A stretch of 64,000 nucleotides of DNA from the human T2T-CHM13v2.0 reference genome, Homo sapiens: NCBI RefSeq assembly GCF_009914755.1, contig NC_060947.1; one strand, given 5' to 3'. A model generated the notes under the pieces. It saw nothing but the letters and a program-made list of their open reading frames with translations, was not told the origin of the DNA and searched no databases. Made by a program: the position numbers and the translations under genes. This document shows positions 52,004 to 64,000 of this stretch, piece by piece; the first letter of the stretch is position 1, and every line of letters begins with the position of its first letter.

Positions 52004-55000
52004 ATTTGTAAACCAAATGTTTCTGAGACAAATCTCAATCAATTTGGAAAGTTTACTTTGCCAAGGTTAAGGATGTATCTGTGACACAGCCTCAGGAGGG
52101 CTTGATGACATGTACCCAAGGTGGTCAGAGCACAGTTTGGTTTTATACATTTTAGGGAGATATGAGACATCAATTACTATATGTAAGATGAACATTCATT
52201 CGGTCCGGAAATGTGGGACTTGCCAAACCCAGAGAAGACTACCTGAAGGCATTTAATAATCAAACTCCCAAGGTCAAGGATAAAGAAAGGCTTCTAACAG
52301 CAGCAAGAGAAAAATAAATAGCATACAATAGAGCACCAATATGTCTGGCAGCAGACTTTTTAATGAAAATCTTACAGGCCAGGAGAGAGTGGCATGGCAT
52401 GTTTAAAGGGCTGAAGGATAAAACATTTTACCCTAGAATAGTATAACTGGGAAAATATCCTGCACGCATGAAGGATAAATAAATAGCTTCCCAGACAAAT
52501 AAAACCTGAAGGATTTCATGAACAGTAGACCTGTCCTAAAAGAAATGCTAAAGGGAGATGTTTAATCTGAAATAAAAGGATGTTAATAAGCAATAAGAAA
52601 TTATCTGAAGGTACAAAACCCACTGGTAAAAATAAGTACTCAGAGAAATGGAATATGATGACACTGTAGTGGCATTGTGTAAACTACTCTTACCTTAAGT
52701 AGAAAGGCTAAACAATGAACAAAGCAAAAAGAATGGCTACGACAATTTTTCAAGACATAGTATAATAAGAAATAAAGTGAAACAAAAAAAGTTTGAAAGT
52801 GGGGTGATAAGTTTAAAGTGTAGAGCTTTTAGTAGTGTACTTTCTGTATGTTTGTTTGTTTGCTTGTTTATGTAATCAGTGTTAAGTTGTCATCAGTTCA
52901 AAGTAATGGGTTATATAATAATATTTGCAAACCTTGGGGTAGCCTCAAATCAAAAAACATACAATGGGATACAAAAAATATATAAAGCAAGAAATTAAAG
53001 TATATCAGCACAGAAAAAATACCTTCATTTAAAGGAAGACAGGAAGGAAGAAATGAAAAAAAGAGAAGACCACAAAACAACTAGAAAACACATTTCAGAA
53101 TGGCAGAAGTGAGTCTCTACTTATCATTAATAACATTAAATATAAATGGATCTCCAATAAAAAGATATAGAGTGGCTGAATGAATGATAAAACAAGACCC
53201 AATGATCTCTTCTTTGCAAGAAACACTCTTCTTCTATAAAGATATACATAGACTAAAAATAAAGGGTTGAAGAAAGATACTCAATGCCAATGGAAACCAA
53301 AAGAGAGCAGGAATATGTATACATATATTAGAAAAATAGATTTCAAGACAAAACATGTAAGAAGAGACAAAGAAGGACATTACATAATGAAACATCCTGA
53401 AACATTATATGATTGTGGGTATATATGCACCCAACACAGGAGCACCCAGATATGTAAAGCAAATATTATTAGAGCCAAGGATAGACCCCAGTATAATAAT
53501 AGCTGGAGAACTCAAAACCCAATTTTCAGCATTAGACAGATAATCCAGCAGAAACTCAACAACAAGAAAGAAAATTGGATTTAATCAGCACTATTGACCA
53601 AATGAACCTAATAGATATTTACAGACTATTTCATCCAACAGCTGCAGAATACACATTCTTCTCCACAGTAGATGAATCATTTATGACATGGTCACTTCTT
53701 CCTTACAGGCCAGTAGAGAGTGGTGTGGCATGTTTAAAGTGCTGAAAGAGAAAAAACATTTTATCCTAGAATAGTATAACTGGGAAAATAATCCTGCAAG
53801 TATGAAGGAGAAATAAATATCTTCCCAAACAAATAAAACCTGAGAGATTTTATGAAATGTAGACCTGTCATACAAGAAATGCCAAGATAGACCAAATGTT
53901 AGGCCAAAAAATAAGTCTTAAACATTCCAAAACCTTTAAATAATACCAAGCATCTCCTCTGATCACAATAAAATAAAACTAGAATCAACAACAAGAAAAA
54001 TGTTAGAAACTATACAGATACTTAGAAATTCAATGATATGCTCCTGAATGACCATGAGTCACTAAAAAAATTAAGAAGAAAATTTAAAAATTTCTTCAAA
54101 TAAATGATAATGGAAACACAACATACCAAATCCTATTGGATACAGTAAAAACAGTACAGGGAAATTTGGTGTTGGCTGTGAGTTTGTCATAAATGGCTCC
54201 TATTATTTTGAAGTATATTCCTTCAATACCTAGTTTATTGAGAGCTTTTAACATGAAGGGTGTTGAATTTTATCAAATGTCTTTTCAGCATCTATTGAGA
54301 TAATCATGTGGTTTTTGTCTTTAGTTCTTTGTATGATGGATCACATTTATTTATTTGCATATGTTGAACCAACCTTGCATTCCAGAAATAAAGCCTACTT
54401 GATCATGGTGGATTAGCTTTTTTATGTGCTGCTGGATTTTATTTGCAAGTATTTTGTTGAGGATTTTTGCATCCATGTTTATCAAGGCTATTGACCTGAA
54501 GTTTTTTTTTTTTGTTTTATCTCTGCCAGGTTCAGGTATCAGGATGATGCTGGCCTCATAGAATGAGTTGGTGAGGAGTTGCTCCTCCTCAATTTTTTGG
54601 AGTAGTTCCTGTAGGAATAGTATCAGCTCTTCTTAGTACATCTGGTAGAATTTGACTATGAATCTGTCTGGTCCTGGGCTTTTTTTGGTTGGTAGGCCAT
54701 TTTGTCACTAATTCAATTTCAGTGCTTATTATTGGTCTGTTTAGGAATTCGGTGTCTTCCTGGTTGAGTCTTGGGAGGGTGTATGTTCCAGGAATTTATT
54801 CCTTTTTTCTAGGTTTTCTAGTTTGTGCACATAGAGGTATTCATAGTAGTTTCTGAAAGTTATTTGTATTTCAGTGGCATCAGTAATAACTTTCCATTAA
54901 TTATGTCTGATTGTGTTTATTTTTATTTTCTCTGTTTTCTTCCTTATTAGTCTAACTAGTGGTCTATCTATCCTATTAATTTGTTCAAACAAAAAACTCC

Positions 55001-56328
55001 CAGATTTATTGATCTTTTGAATGGTTTTTGTGTCTCCATCTCCTTCAATTCATCTCTGATTTTGGTTATTTCTTGTCTTCTGCTAGCTTGGGGGTTGGCT
55101 TACTCTTGGTTCTCTAGTTCTTTTAGTTGTAATATTACATTGTAAACTAGAGGTCTTTCTAACTTTTTGATGTGTACACTTAGTGCCATAAGTTTATCTC
55201 TTAAGACTGCCTTGGTTGTTTCCCAGAGATTCTGATATTTATTATCTTTGTTCTCATTCGTTTCAGAGAACTTCTTGATTTCTGCCTTAATTTCATTATT
55301 TACTCAAAAATCATTCAGGAGCAGGTAATTCAATTATCATGTATTGCATGGTTTTGAGAGTTTTTTAAAGTTTTTATTTTTATTTTTATTCTGCTATGGT
55401 CCAAGAGTGTGTTTGGTATGATTTTGGTTATTTTGTATTTGGTGGTGATTGTTTTATGTCTGATTATGTGGTTCATCTTAAAGTATGTGCCATGTGACTA
55501 TTAGAAGAATGTATATTGTGTTGTTTTGGGGTGGAGAGTTGTGAAGATGTGCATCAGATCCATTTGGTCCAATGTTGAGTTCAGGTTCTGAATATCTTTG
55601 TTAATTTTCTGCCTTGATGATCTGTCTGATACTGTCAGTAGAGTGTTGAAGTCTCCTACTGTTTCTGTGTGGGAATCAAAGTCTTTTTGTAGGTCTCTAA
55701 GAACTTGATTTATGAACCTGCATGCTCTTGTGTTGAGTGCACATATACTTAGAATCGTTAGGCATTCTTGTTGAATTAAACTCTTTACCATTATGTAATG
55801 CTCTTCTTTGTCTTTGTAAACATTTATTGGTTTAAAGTCTGTTTTGTCTAAAATCAGGATTGCAACCCCTGCTTTGTACTGATTTCCATGTGCTTGGTAG
55901 ATTTTTCTCCATACCTTTATTTTAAGTCTATGTTGGGGGGGTGGTCATTGAATGTAAGATGGGTCTCATAAAAACTCCATATCCTTGGGTATTGCTTTTT
56001 TATCTAGCTTGACACTCTGTGCCTTTTAAATGGACCATTGAGCCTGTTTACATTCAAGATTTGTATTGACATGTGTGGATTTGATCCTGTCATTTTGTTG
56101 TTAGCTGGTTATTATGCCAGCATGTTTGTGTGTTTGTATTATAGTGTCACTGTTCTGTGCAATTAAGTGTGCTTTTGTATTGGCTGAAAATGGTCTTTCC
56201 TTTCCATATTTAGTTATTCTTTCAAAATGTCTTGTAGGGCAGATATGGTGATAACAAACTCCCTCAGCATTTGCCTATCTGAGAAAAAAAAATATTTCTC
56301 CTTTGCTGAAGAAGCTTTGTTTGGCTGG

Positions 56329-56751
56329 CGATATGGTTTTGATCTGTGTCCCCACCCAAATCTCATGTTTGATTTTAATTCCCAATGTTGGAGCTAGGGC
56401 CTGGTGAGAGGTGATTGGATCATGGGGGTGGTTTCTAATGGTTTAGCACCATTTTCTTGGACCATTGCTGTTCTTGTGATAGAGTTTTCATGCGATATGG
56501 TTATTTAAAAGTGTGTAGCACCTTCTCCCTCTCTCTTTTCCCCCTGCTCTGGCCATGTAAGATGCTGCAGCAGGAGGAAGAGATTCAACTATCACCATGA
56601 TCGTAAGTTTCCTGAGGCCTCCAAGAAGCTGTGCAGAAGCCATCATTCCTCCTGAACAGCCTGTGAAACCATGAGCCAATTAAATCTCTTTTCTTATAAA
56701 TTAGCCAGTCTCAGGTATTTCTTTATAGCTATACAAGAACCAACTAATACA
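56329..56751 (+). mobile_element. Solo MaLR LTR (MSTA1/MSTB-like)
   Basis: cgatatggttttgatctgtgtcccc...caactaataca; TSD gctgg/actgg. Confidence 0.92.
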
Positions 56752-57625
56752 ACTGGACATGACATTGTCGGTTGAAGATTTTTTTTCTCTTTAAGAATGT
56801 TGAATATAGGCCCCCAATGTCTTCTGGCTTATAGTGTTTCTGCCGAGAGGTTCATGGTTAGCCTGATATGGTTCCTTTCCTAGGTGATGTGCCCTTTTAA
56901 CATTCTTTTTTTCATTCCAACCTTGGAAAATCTGATGACTGTTTCTTGGGGATAATCTTCCTGTGTAAAATCTTGCAGGTGTTCTCTGTATTTTCTGAAT
57001 TTGACTGTTGGCCTCTCTAGCAAGGTTGGGAAAGTTTTTATAGATAATATCCAGAAGTATGTTTTCCAGGTTGTTTACATTCTTCCTGTCCATTTCAGGG
57101 ATGCCAATGATTCATAGATTTGGTCTTTTTATATAATTTCATTTTTTCTCATGGATTTTGTTTGTTCCTTCATTCTCTTTTTTTTTTTTTTTTTCTGACT
57201 GTCTTATTTCAGAGAGCCAGTCTTCACATTCTGACATTCTTTCCTCAGCTTGGTCTATTATGCTATTAATACTTGCAATTGCATTGTAAAATTCTTGTAG
57301 TGTAGTTTTCAGCTTGATCAGATCAGTTAGGGTCTATATTGTACTGGCTATTTTGTCTGTCAGCTCCTGTATAATTTTATTATGATTCTTAGTTTCCTTG
57401 GATTGGATTTTGCCATTCTAGTGAATCCTCATGATCTTATTCCTATCCATATTCTGAATTCTATTTCTGTCATTTTAGCCAACTCATCTTGGTTAAGAAC
57501 CCTTGTTGGAGAACTAGTCCCACTGTTTGGAGGACATAAGACACTCTGGCATTTGAGAGCCAGAGTTCATGCATTGGTTCTTTCTCACCTCTGCATGTGG
57601 ATGTTTCTTTAACTGCTGGGCTGGG

Positions 57626-58130
<505 letters not shown>

Positions 58131-60176
58131 TGAAGTGGTCATGTAGGGGCAGAATGGTTTTCCTGGCGTCCCAGGTCAGGCAGCCCTGCCCAGTGAGGAG
58201 AATTGAGGACTGGAAACTGTGTGGAGAACAGTCTGACCACTTTTCCATGAGGTGGGTGCTCTTCTGGGTGTCCAGAAAAGCCCTTGGGCCTGCAGACTCT
58301 CCAGAGCCTGGAAACATCAAGGGCAAGAACTGCAAGACAGCAAAGATGGCAACCCACCTCTCCCACTGGGAGTTCTGTCCCAGGGAATTACAGAAATGCT
58401 ACCGGCTTGATAGTCCCAGGGGGTGGGTGAAGACCCAAGCCACAAAGATCCTCCAGTGAGAAGATATGGGATTCGGGACCCTCATAACAAACAGTCTGGC
58501 CAGGTTTTTTGTAGGGCTGCTGCAGTATGCTGAGGATCTGCTCTAGTTCCTAGTCACCTGGGATTTTTCAGTACCTGAAGGTATCAACAATGAAGGCTGC
58601 AAAACAGCAAAGACTATAGCATGCCTCTCCATCCAGGAGCTCTGTCCCAGAAAGGTACGAACCTGTTGCCAGTCCAAACACACTGATGGGAGTGGCTGGG
58701 GACCACGGTCAGGAGATCCCACCCCATGAGGAGGAACGGGCCCAGGGACCTGCATTAAAAAGCAGTCTGGCTGCATTTTCATAGAGCAGCTGTGCTGTGT
58801 TGGTTGTCTACTTCAGCCCCCCAGTCACCTTGGACCCTCCAAAGCTGAAAGGAAACTACTGATAAGGCTGCAAAACAGCAAAGATTGTGGCCTGCCCCTC
58901 CCTCTGGGAGTTCGGTCTCAGGGAGTTTTGGAACTACTGCTGGCTGGAAAACACCAGCGGGGGTAGCTCTAGACCTTGGTCAGAAGGTTCTGCCCAGTGA
59001 AGAGAAATGGGATCCAGGACCTAAGTGAAAAAGCAGTCTGGTTGCCTCTTCGTAGAAATGCTGCACTGTGCTAGGGTGCCACTCCAGTCCTTAGTCAGCT
59101 CAGACTCCCAGGAGCCTGAAGGCATCAATGGCTAAGGATGTAAAACAGCAAAGATGATGGCCTTTCCCTCCCTCTGGAAGCTCCTTCTCAGTGGGGTGTA
59201 ACACTGCTACCTATGGCTGGCTGGAGTCCCAAGTCAGTGGGTCTTATCCTTAGAGATGCCATGGAAGTGGGGCTGGCAGACCATCACTGCTCAGCCCCCT
59301 GGGTTCAGCACCTTTTTTATAAGTATGTATTCAGCCACTTTTGTTGGGAAGCCTGGGTATCTAAAGCTTCCAGGGCTTTGTACTTGCCTAAGCTGATGCT
59401 CTGCCAAGACTCCATGCAGCTCTGCACGTCAGACTGAAGGCCCTGGTGGGGTGGGATCGCAACAGGATCACCTCACCCAAGGGTTGCAAAGATTCATGGA
59501 TGAAGCATGGGTCCCTGGGGTCACTCCCTCACCACTTACCTGGGCAAGGGAGACTTCACTGGCTTTGTGTTGCTCCCAAGTGGGCAATTATTCAGCCTTG
59601 CTTTCTCTGTTCTCCATGGGTCGAGTTGTTTTCTTAATTAATGCCAATGCATGTAACTGGGTGTTTCAGTCGAAGGTGCTGTATTTACTTGCACCTTTTA
59701 TTTCTCTCCGTCAGAGTGGCACACACTAGGTGCTTCTAGTCAACTAATTTGGCCAGTAATTGGTCTTTTTAAAAAGATGAACAAAATTGACAAACCTTTA
59801 GCTATTCTAAGAAAAAACAGAGAGGAACTAACTAACTAAATGAATACAGAGATTAAAAAGAAGACATTACAACTGATATTGCAGGAATTCAAAAGATCAT
59901 TAGTAACTACTTTGAGCAAGTATATGCCAATAAATTGGAAAACCTAGAAAAAAATAGATAAATTCCTGGACACCTACAACCTACAAAGATTGAACTGTGA
60001 AGAAATCCAAAAACTGAACAGACCAATAACAAATAACAAGATCAAAGCTGTAATAAAGAGTCTTTTGGTAAAGAAAATCCCAGAATCCAATGGCTTCAGT
60101 GCTGAATTCTACCAAATATTTAAGAAGAACTGACACCAATTCTACTCAAACTCTTCCAAAAAATAAAAAAGGAGGA

Positions 60177-61335
60177 AAGTTAAAAAGCTTCTGCACAGCA
60201 AAAGATATAATCAACAAAGTGAAGATACAGCCCATAGAATGGGAGGAAATCTTAGCGAACTATCCAACTGACCAAAATATAGAAGGAGCTCAAACCAGTC
60301 TATAGGAAAAGAAATTCAATAATCCAATCAAAAATGGGGGAAAATTTGAATAGACATCTCTCAAAAGAAGACATACAAATGGCAAACAAAGCATAAGAAA
60401 AGATGCTTAACATCATTAATCATCAGAAAAATGCAAATCAAAACTACCATGAAACATCATCTCAACCCAGATAAAATTGTTTATATCCAAAAGACAGGCA
60501 ATAACAAATGCTGGTGAGAATGTGGAGAAAACGTAATCCTCATATACTGGTGGAGGGGAGTAAATTAGTACAACCACTACAGAGAATAGTTTGGAAGTTC
60601 CTCAAACATCTAAAAATGAGCCACCATATGATCCAGCAATCCCACTGCTTAGTAAATACCCAAAAGAAAGTAAATCAGTATATTGAAGAGATATCTTTAC
60701 TCTTACGATTGTTGCAGCACTGTTTACAGTAGCTAAGTTTTGGAAGAAACCTAAGTGTCTGTTGACATATGAATAGATAAAGAAAATGTGGAACAGACAC
60801 ACAATGGAGTACTATTTAGCCATAAAAAGAATGAGATCCAGTCATTTGCAACAACATGAATGGAAATGGAGATCATCATGTTCAGTGAAATAATCCAGGC
60901 ACGGAAAGACAAACATTGCATGTTCTCATTATTTGTGTGATCTAAGAATTAAAAGAATAAAACTCATGGACATAAAGAGTAGAACAATAATTACCAGAGG
61001 CTGGAAAGGGTAGTGGGGTCCTTGGGTGGGGGACGGAGGAGTGAGGATGGTTAATCAGTACAAAAAAATAGTAAAAATGAATAAGACCTATTATTTGGTA
61101 GCATAATAGAGTGACTATAGTAAATAATAATTGTACATTTGAACACAGTTTAGAGTGCAATTGGATTGTTTATAATTCAAAAAATAAATGTTTGAGGGGA
61201 TGAGCACCCTATTCTCCATGATGTGCTTATTTCACATTGCATGCCTGCATCAAAATATCTCAGTTACCCCATAAATATATACACCTACTATATACGGTAC
61301 ACACAAAAACTAAAAATTAAAATTAAAAAAAAAAA
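60177..61335 (+). mobile_element. L1MA1-3-like 3' portion with A-tail
   Basis: aaaagcttctgcacagcaaaag through cacctacta...aaaaattaaaattaaaaaaa. Confidence 0.88.
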
Positions 61336-62935
61336 CAAAACTGAATGTATCACATTACCTGACTTCAAATTATACTACAGAGCTATAGAAATCAAAACAG
61401 CATAATACTGGCATAAAAACACACACACAGGTGAACAGAACAGAGAACCCAGAAACAAATCTACACACCTACAGTGAACTCATTTTTGACAAATGTGCCA
61501 AAAACATACACTGAGGAAAAGAAAGATTCTTTAATTAATGGTGTTGGGATAACTGAATATTCATACGCAAGAGAATGAAACTATGAGCCTACCTCTCACC
61601 ATGTATAAAAATCAAAATAAGCTGGATTAAAGACTTAAATCTAAGACCCCAAACTGCGAGGAAACATTGGGGAAACTCTCCAGGACGTTGATCTGGGCAA
61701 AAATTTCTTGAGCAATAATTCTCAAGCACAGGCAACCAAGGCAAAAATGGACAAATGGAATCAGAAGATATTGAAAAGTTTCTGCACAGCAAAGAGCACA
61801 ATCAACAAATTGAAGAGACAACCCACAGAATGGGAGAAAATATTTGCAAACTATCCATCTGACAAAGAATTAATAACCAGAATATATAGGAGCTCAGACA
61901 ACCCTCAAGAAAAAAAATCTAATAGTCCAATTAAGAAATGGTCAAAAAATCTGAACAGACAGTTCTCAAAAGAAGACATACACATGGCAAACAGGCATAT
62001 GAAAAGGTGCTCAACATCATTGATAGTCAGAGAAATGCAAATCAAACCTACAATATCATCTCACTCCAGTTAAAATGCCTTATATCTGAAAGACAGGCAA
62101 TAACAAATGCTGATGAGAATATTCAGAAAGGATAACATTCATACAGTATTGGCAGCAATGTAAATTAGTACAGCTACTATGAAGAATGGTTTAGGGATTT
62201 CTCAAAAAACTAAAAATAGGGCTACTATATGATACAGCAATCCCACTGCTGAGCATATAATCAGGAGAAAGGAAATTAGTATACCAAAGAGGTATCTACA
62301 TTCCCATGTTTGTTGCAGCACTCTTCACAATAGCTAAGATTTGAAAATAACCTAAGTGTCCATCAATAGATGAATGGATAAGGAAAATGTGGCACTTATA
62401 CACAATGGAGTACTATTCAACCATAAAAAAGAATGAGAACCTGTCATTTGCAAGAACATGGATGGAACTGGTGGTTATTGTTAAATGAAATAAAGCTGGC
62501 ACAGAAAGACAAATGTCACATGTTCTCACTTATTTGTGGGATCTAAAAATCAAAACAATTAAACTCATGGAGATAGAGAGTAGAAGGATGGCTACCAGAG
62601 ACTGAGAAGGGTAGTGGCAGGGAGAAGGTGGAAATGGTTAATGGGTACAGAAAAAAATAATTAGAAAGATTGAATAAGACCTAGTATTTACTAGCACAAC
62701 AGTCACCTGACTTAAATTATTATAGTCAAAATAATTTAATTTCACATTTTTAAATAACTAAAAGTATAATTTGATTGTTTGTAACACAAAGGATAAGTGC
62801 TTGAGGGGATGAATATCTCATTTTCCATGATGAGATTATTATGTATCACATACCTGTATCAAAATATCTCATGTACCTCATAAATATATACACCTATTAT
62901 GTACCCACAAAAATTAAAAATAACAAAATAAACTT
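61336..62935 (+). mobile_element. Second L1MA1-3-like 3' portion
   Basis: ORF 61708-62073 is ORF2 (KSFCTAK...[12 protein letters not shown]); ends gtacccacaaaaattaaaaataac. Confidence 0.9.
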
Positions 62936-62944
62936 AAATCCTTT

Positions 62945-63150
62945 CTGAGACTTCTCCTGAACCCATCATGTACAAACAATTCTAACAAATTTCCTCTCTC
63001 CCACCACATATTTATTCTCTACCTCAGTATTTGCTTATGTTTATAGCACTTCAAATTTTGTACATATGTTTAATTTATTCATTTGTTTACTTGCATATTC
63101 TCTCTTTTCCCTACTAGACTATAAACTCAATAAGGACAGAGATATTTTCC
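62945..63150 (+). mobile_element. LINE-2 3' remnant
   Basis: ttatagcactt...tttccctactagactataaactcaataaggacaga resembles the L2 motif ctagactgtaagctccatgagggcagg. Confidence 0.6.
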
Positions 63151-63844
63151 CACTCACAAACATACACTCAACTTCTGACATATTTCTGTCATATTCTAGG
63201 CTGACAACTAATGCTTCTCAAGGGATTGAATCAGTTCAAATGTCATCATTGCTCATCTACCCAGGTGAGAGAAAGAACTTGTAGTCTAAGGATCCTTCCT
63301 ATTCTCACGTGCTATGACACTGTAATTTTGTTATTACATTCCATTAAATTTTCTAGGCTCTTTGGTGTGAATTTATTTAATTATGTTTATTCCAAAAGGA
63401 ATTGACCCAAGAACTGTGATTGCAGACATATACCACTGGGTAGGTAGCCAGAGCTTCCCTGCTGTTAGATATCAACTCTCAAGCTAGAACTTATATTCCT
63501 TACTCTCTATTATAAAACCAAGAAGAAAAACAGCAGAAAAGATCATTACCTACCATTTTTTCAGCCACATGCTGGCCATATTCACATCCAGAATTTCACT
63601 TGATCTCCCCAAATGTTTTTCATTCTTCACTGGAAGGGAGATTTTTCTCTAATATTCCCCAATTGGCTAATTATCCTCTGGATAGAGCCCCATTCAGAAA
63701 TGTATGAATCCAGTCTTTTCTCTTTCCAGGGAAAAGACATGGGGAAGAAAATTTTTTTCATATTTATTCTTCATGGAGATAGATGGCTGGATGTTGACTT
63801 ATTCCAGCAGTCTGCCCCGCTATAACTGGTCAAAGTAAAGCTGT

Positions 63845-63985
63845 GGCAGCACTTTGGAGTTTATGAAGTACTTTTACCTGTGGTTCTTGTCACAGCCCAG
63901 TGAGATAGATGAGCTGAGCCTTATCATCCCTGTTTCTTAAGTTGAAGGAACTGAGGACCAGGAACCATAAGGGATTCCAACAAGC
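63845..63985 (-). mobile_element. MIR remnant
   Basis: cacagcccagtgagatag...ttatcatccctgttt...ggaactgagg resembles the reverse MIR core. Confidence 0.6.
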
Positions 63986-64000
63986 AGCAATGATAACTAC

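Overview
This is anthropoid/catarrhine primate (human-like) nuclear DNA, and almost all of it is a nested pile of decayed retroelements. My by-eye tally is about 70-75% LINE-1, about 20% LTR/ERV and about 3% Alu, with L2/MIR scraps at the right end. I find no host protein-coding gene, RNA gene or CRISPR array; the recognisable long ORFs in the track are L1 ORF1/ORF2 fragments, Alu or MaLR translations, or antisense shadows. The main structures are: two full-length but dead minus-strand L1s (L1PA7-like 13.7-19.8 kb; L1PA5-like 38.6-44.7 kb, both with TSDs); a minus-strand non-autonomous MER4-group provirus (35.4-52.2 kb) that sits inside an old L1MA and itself hosts the L1PA5, a complete MSTA provirus and two Alus; and a very old L1M/L1ME broken into about six collinear pieces (9.3-24.6 kb). 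I cannot support a new biological system here. The most interesting signals are molecular scars and small regulatory candidates: a twin-primed L1 with no TSD, an L1 with an apparent 3' transduction plus target deletion, three locally templated insertions, a trimeric Alu, ORF0-type antisense frames in both full-length L1s, a 4x tandem TCF/LEF-motif array, and candidate exons in the last kb. Subfamily names come from remembered diagnostic motifs, not from a RepeatMasker run, and most boundaries are approximate.
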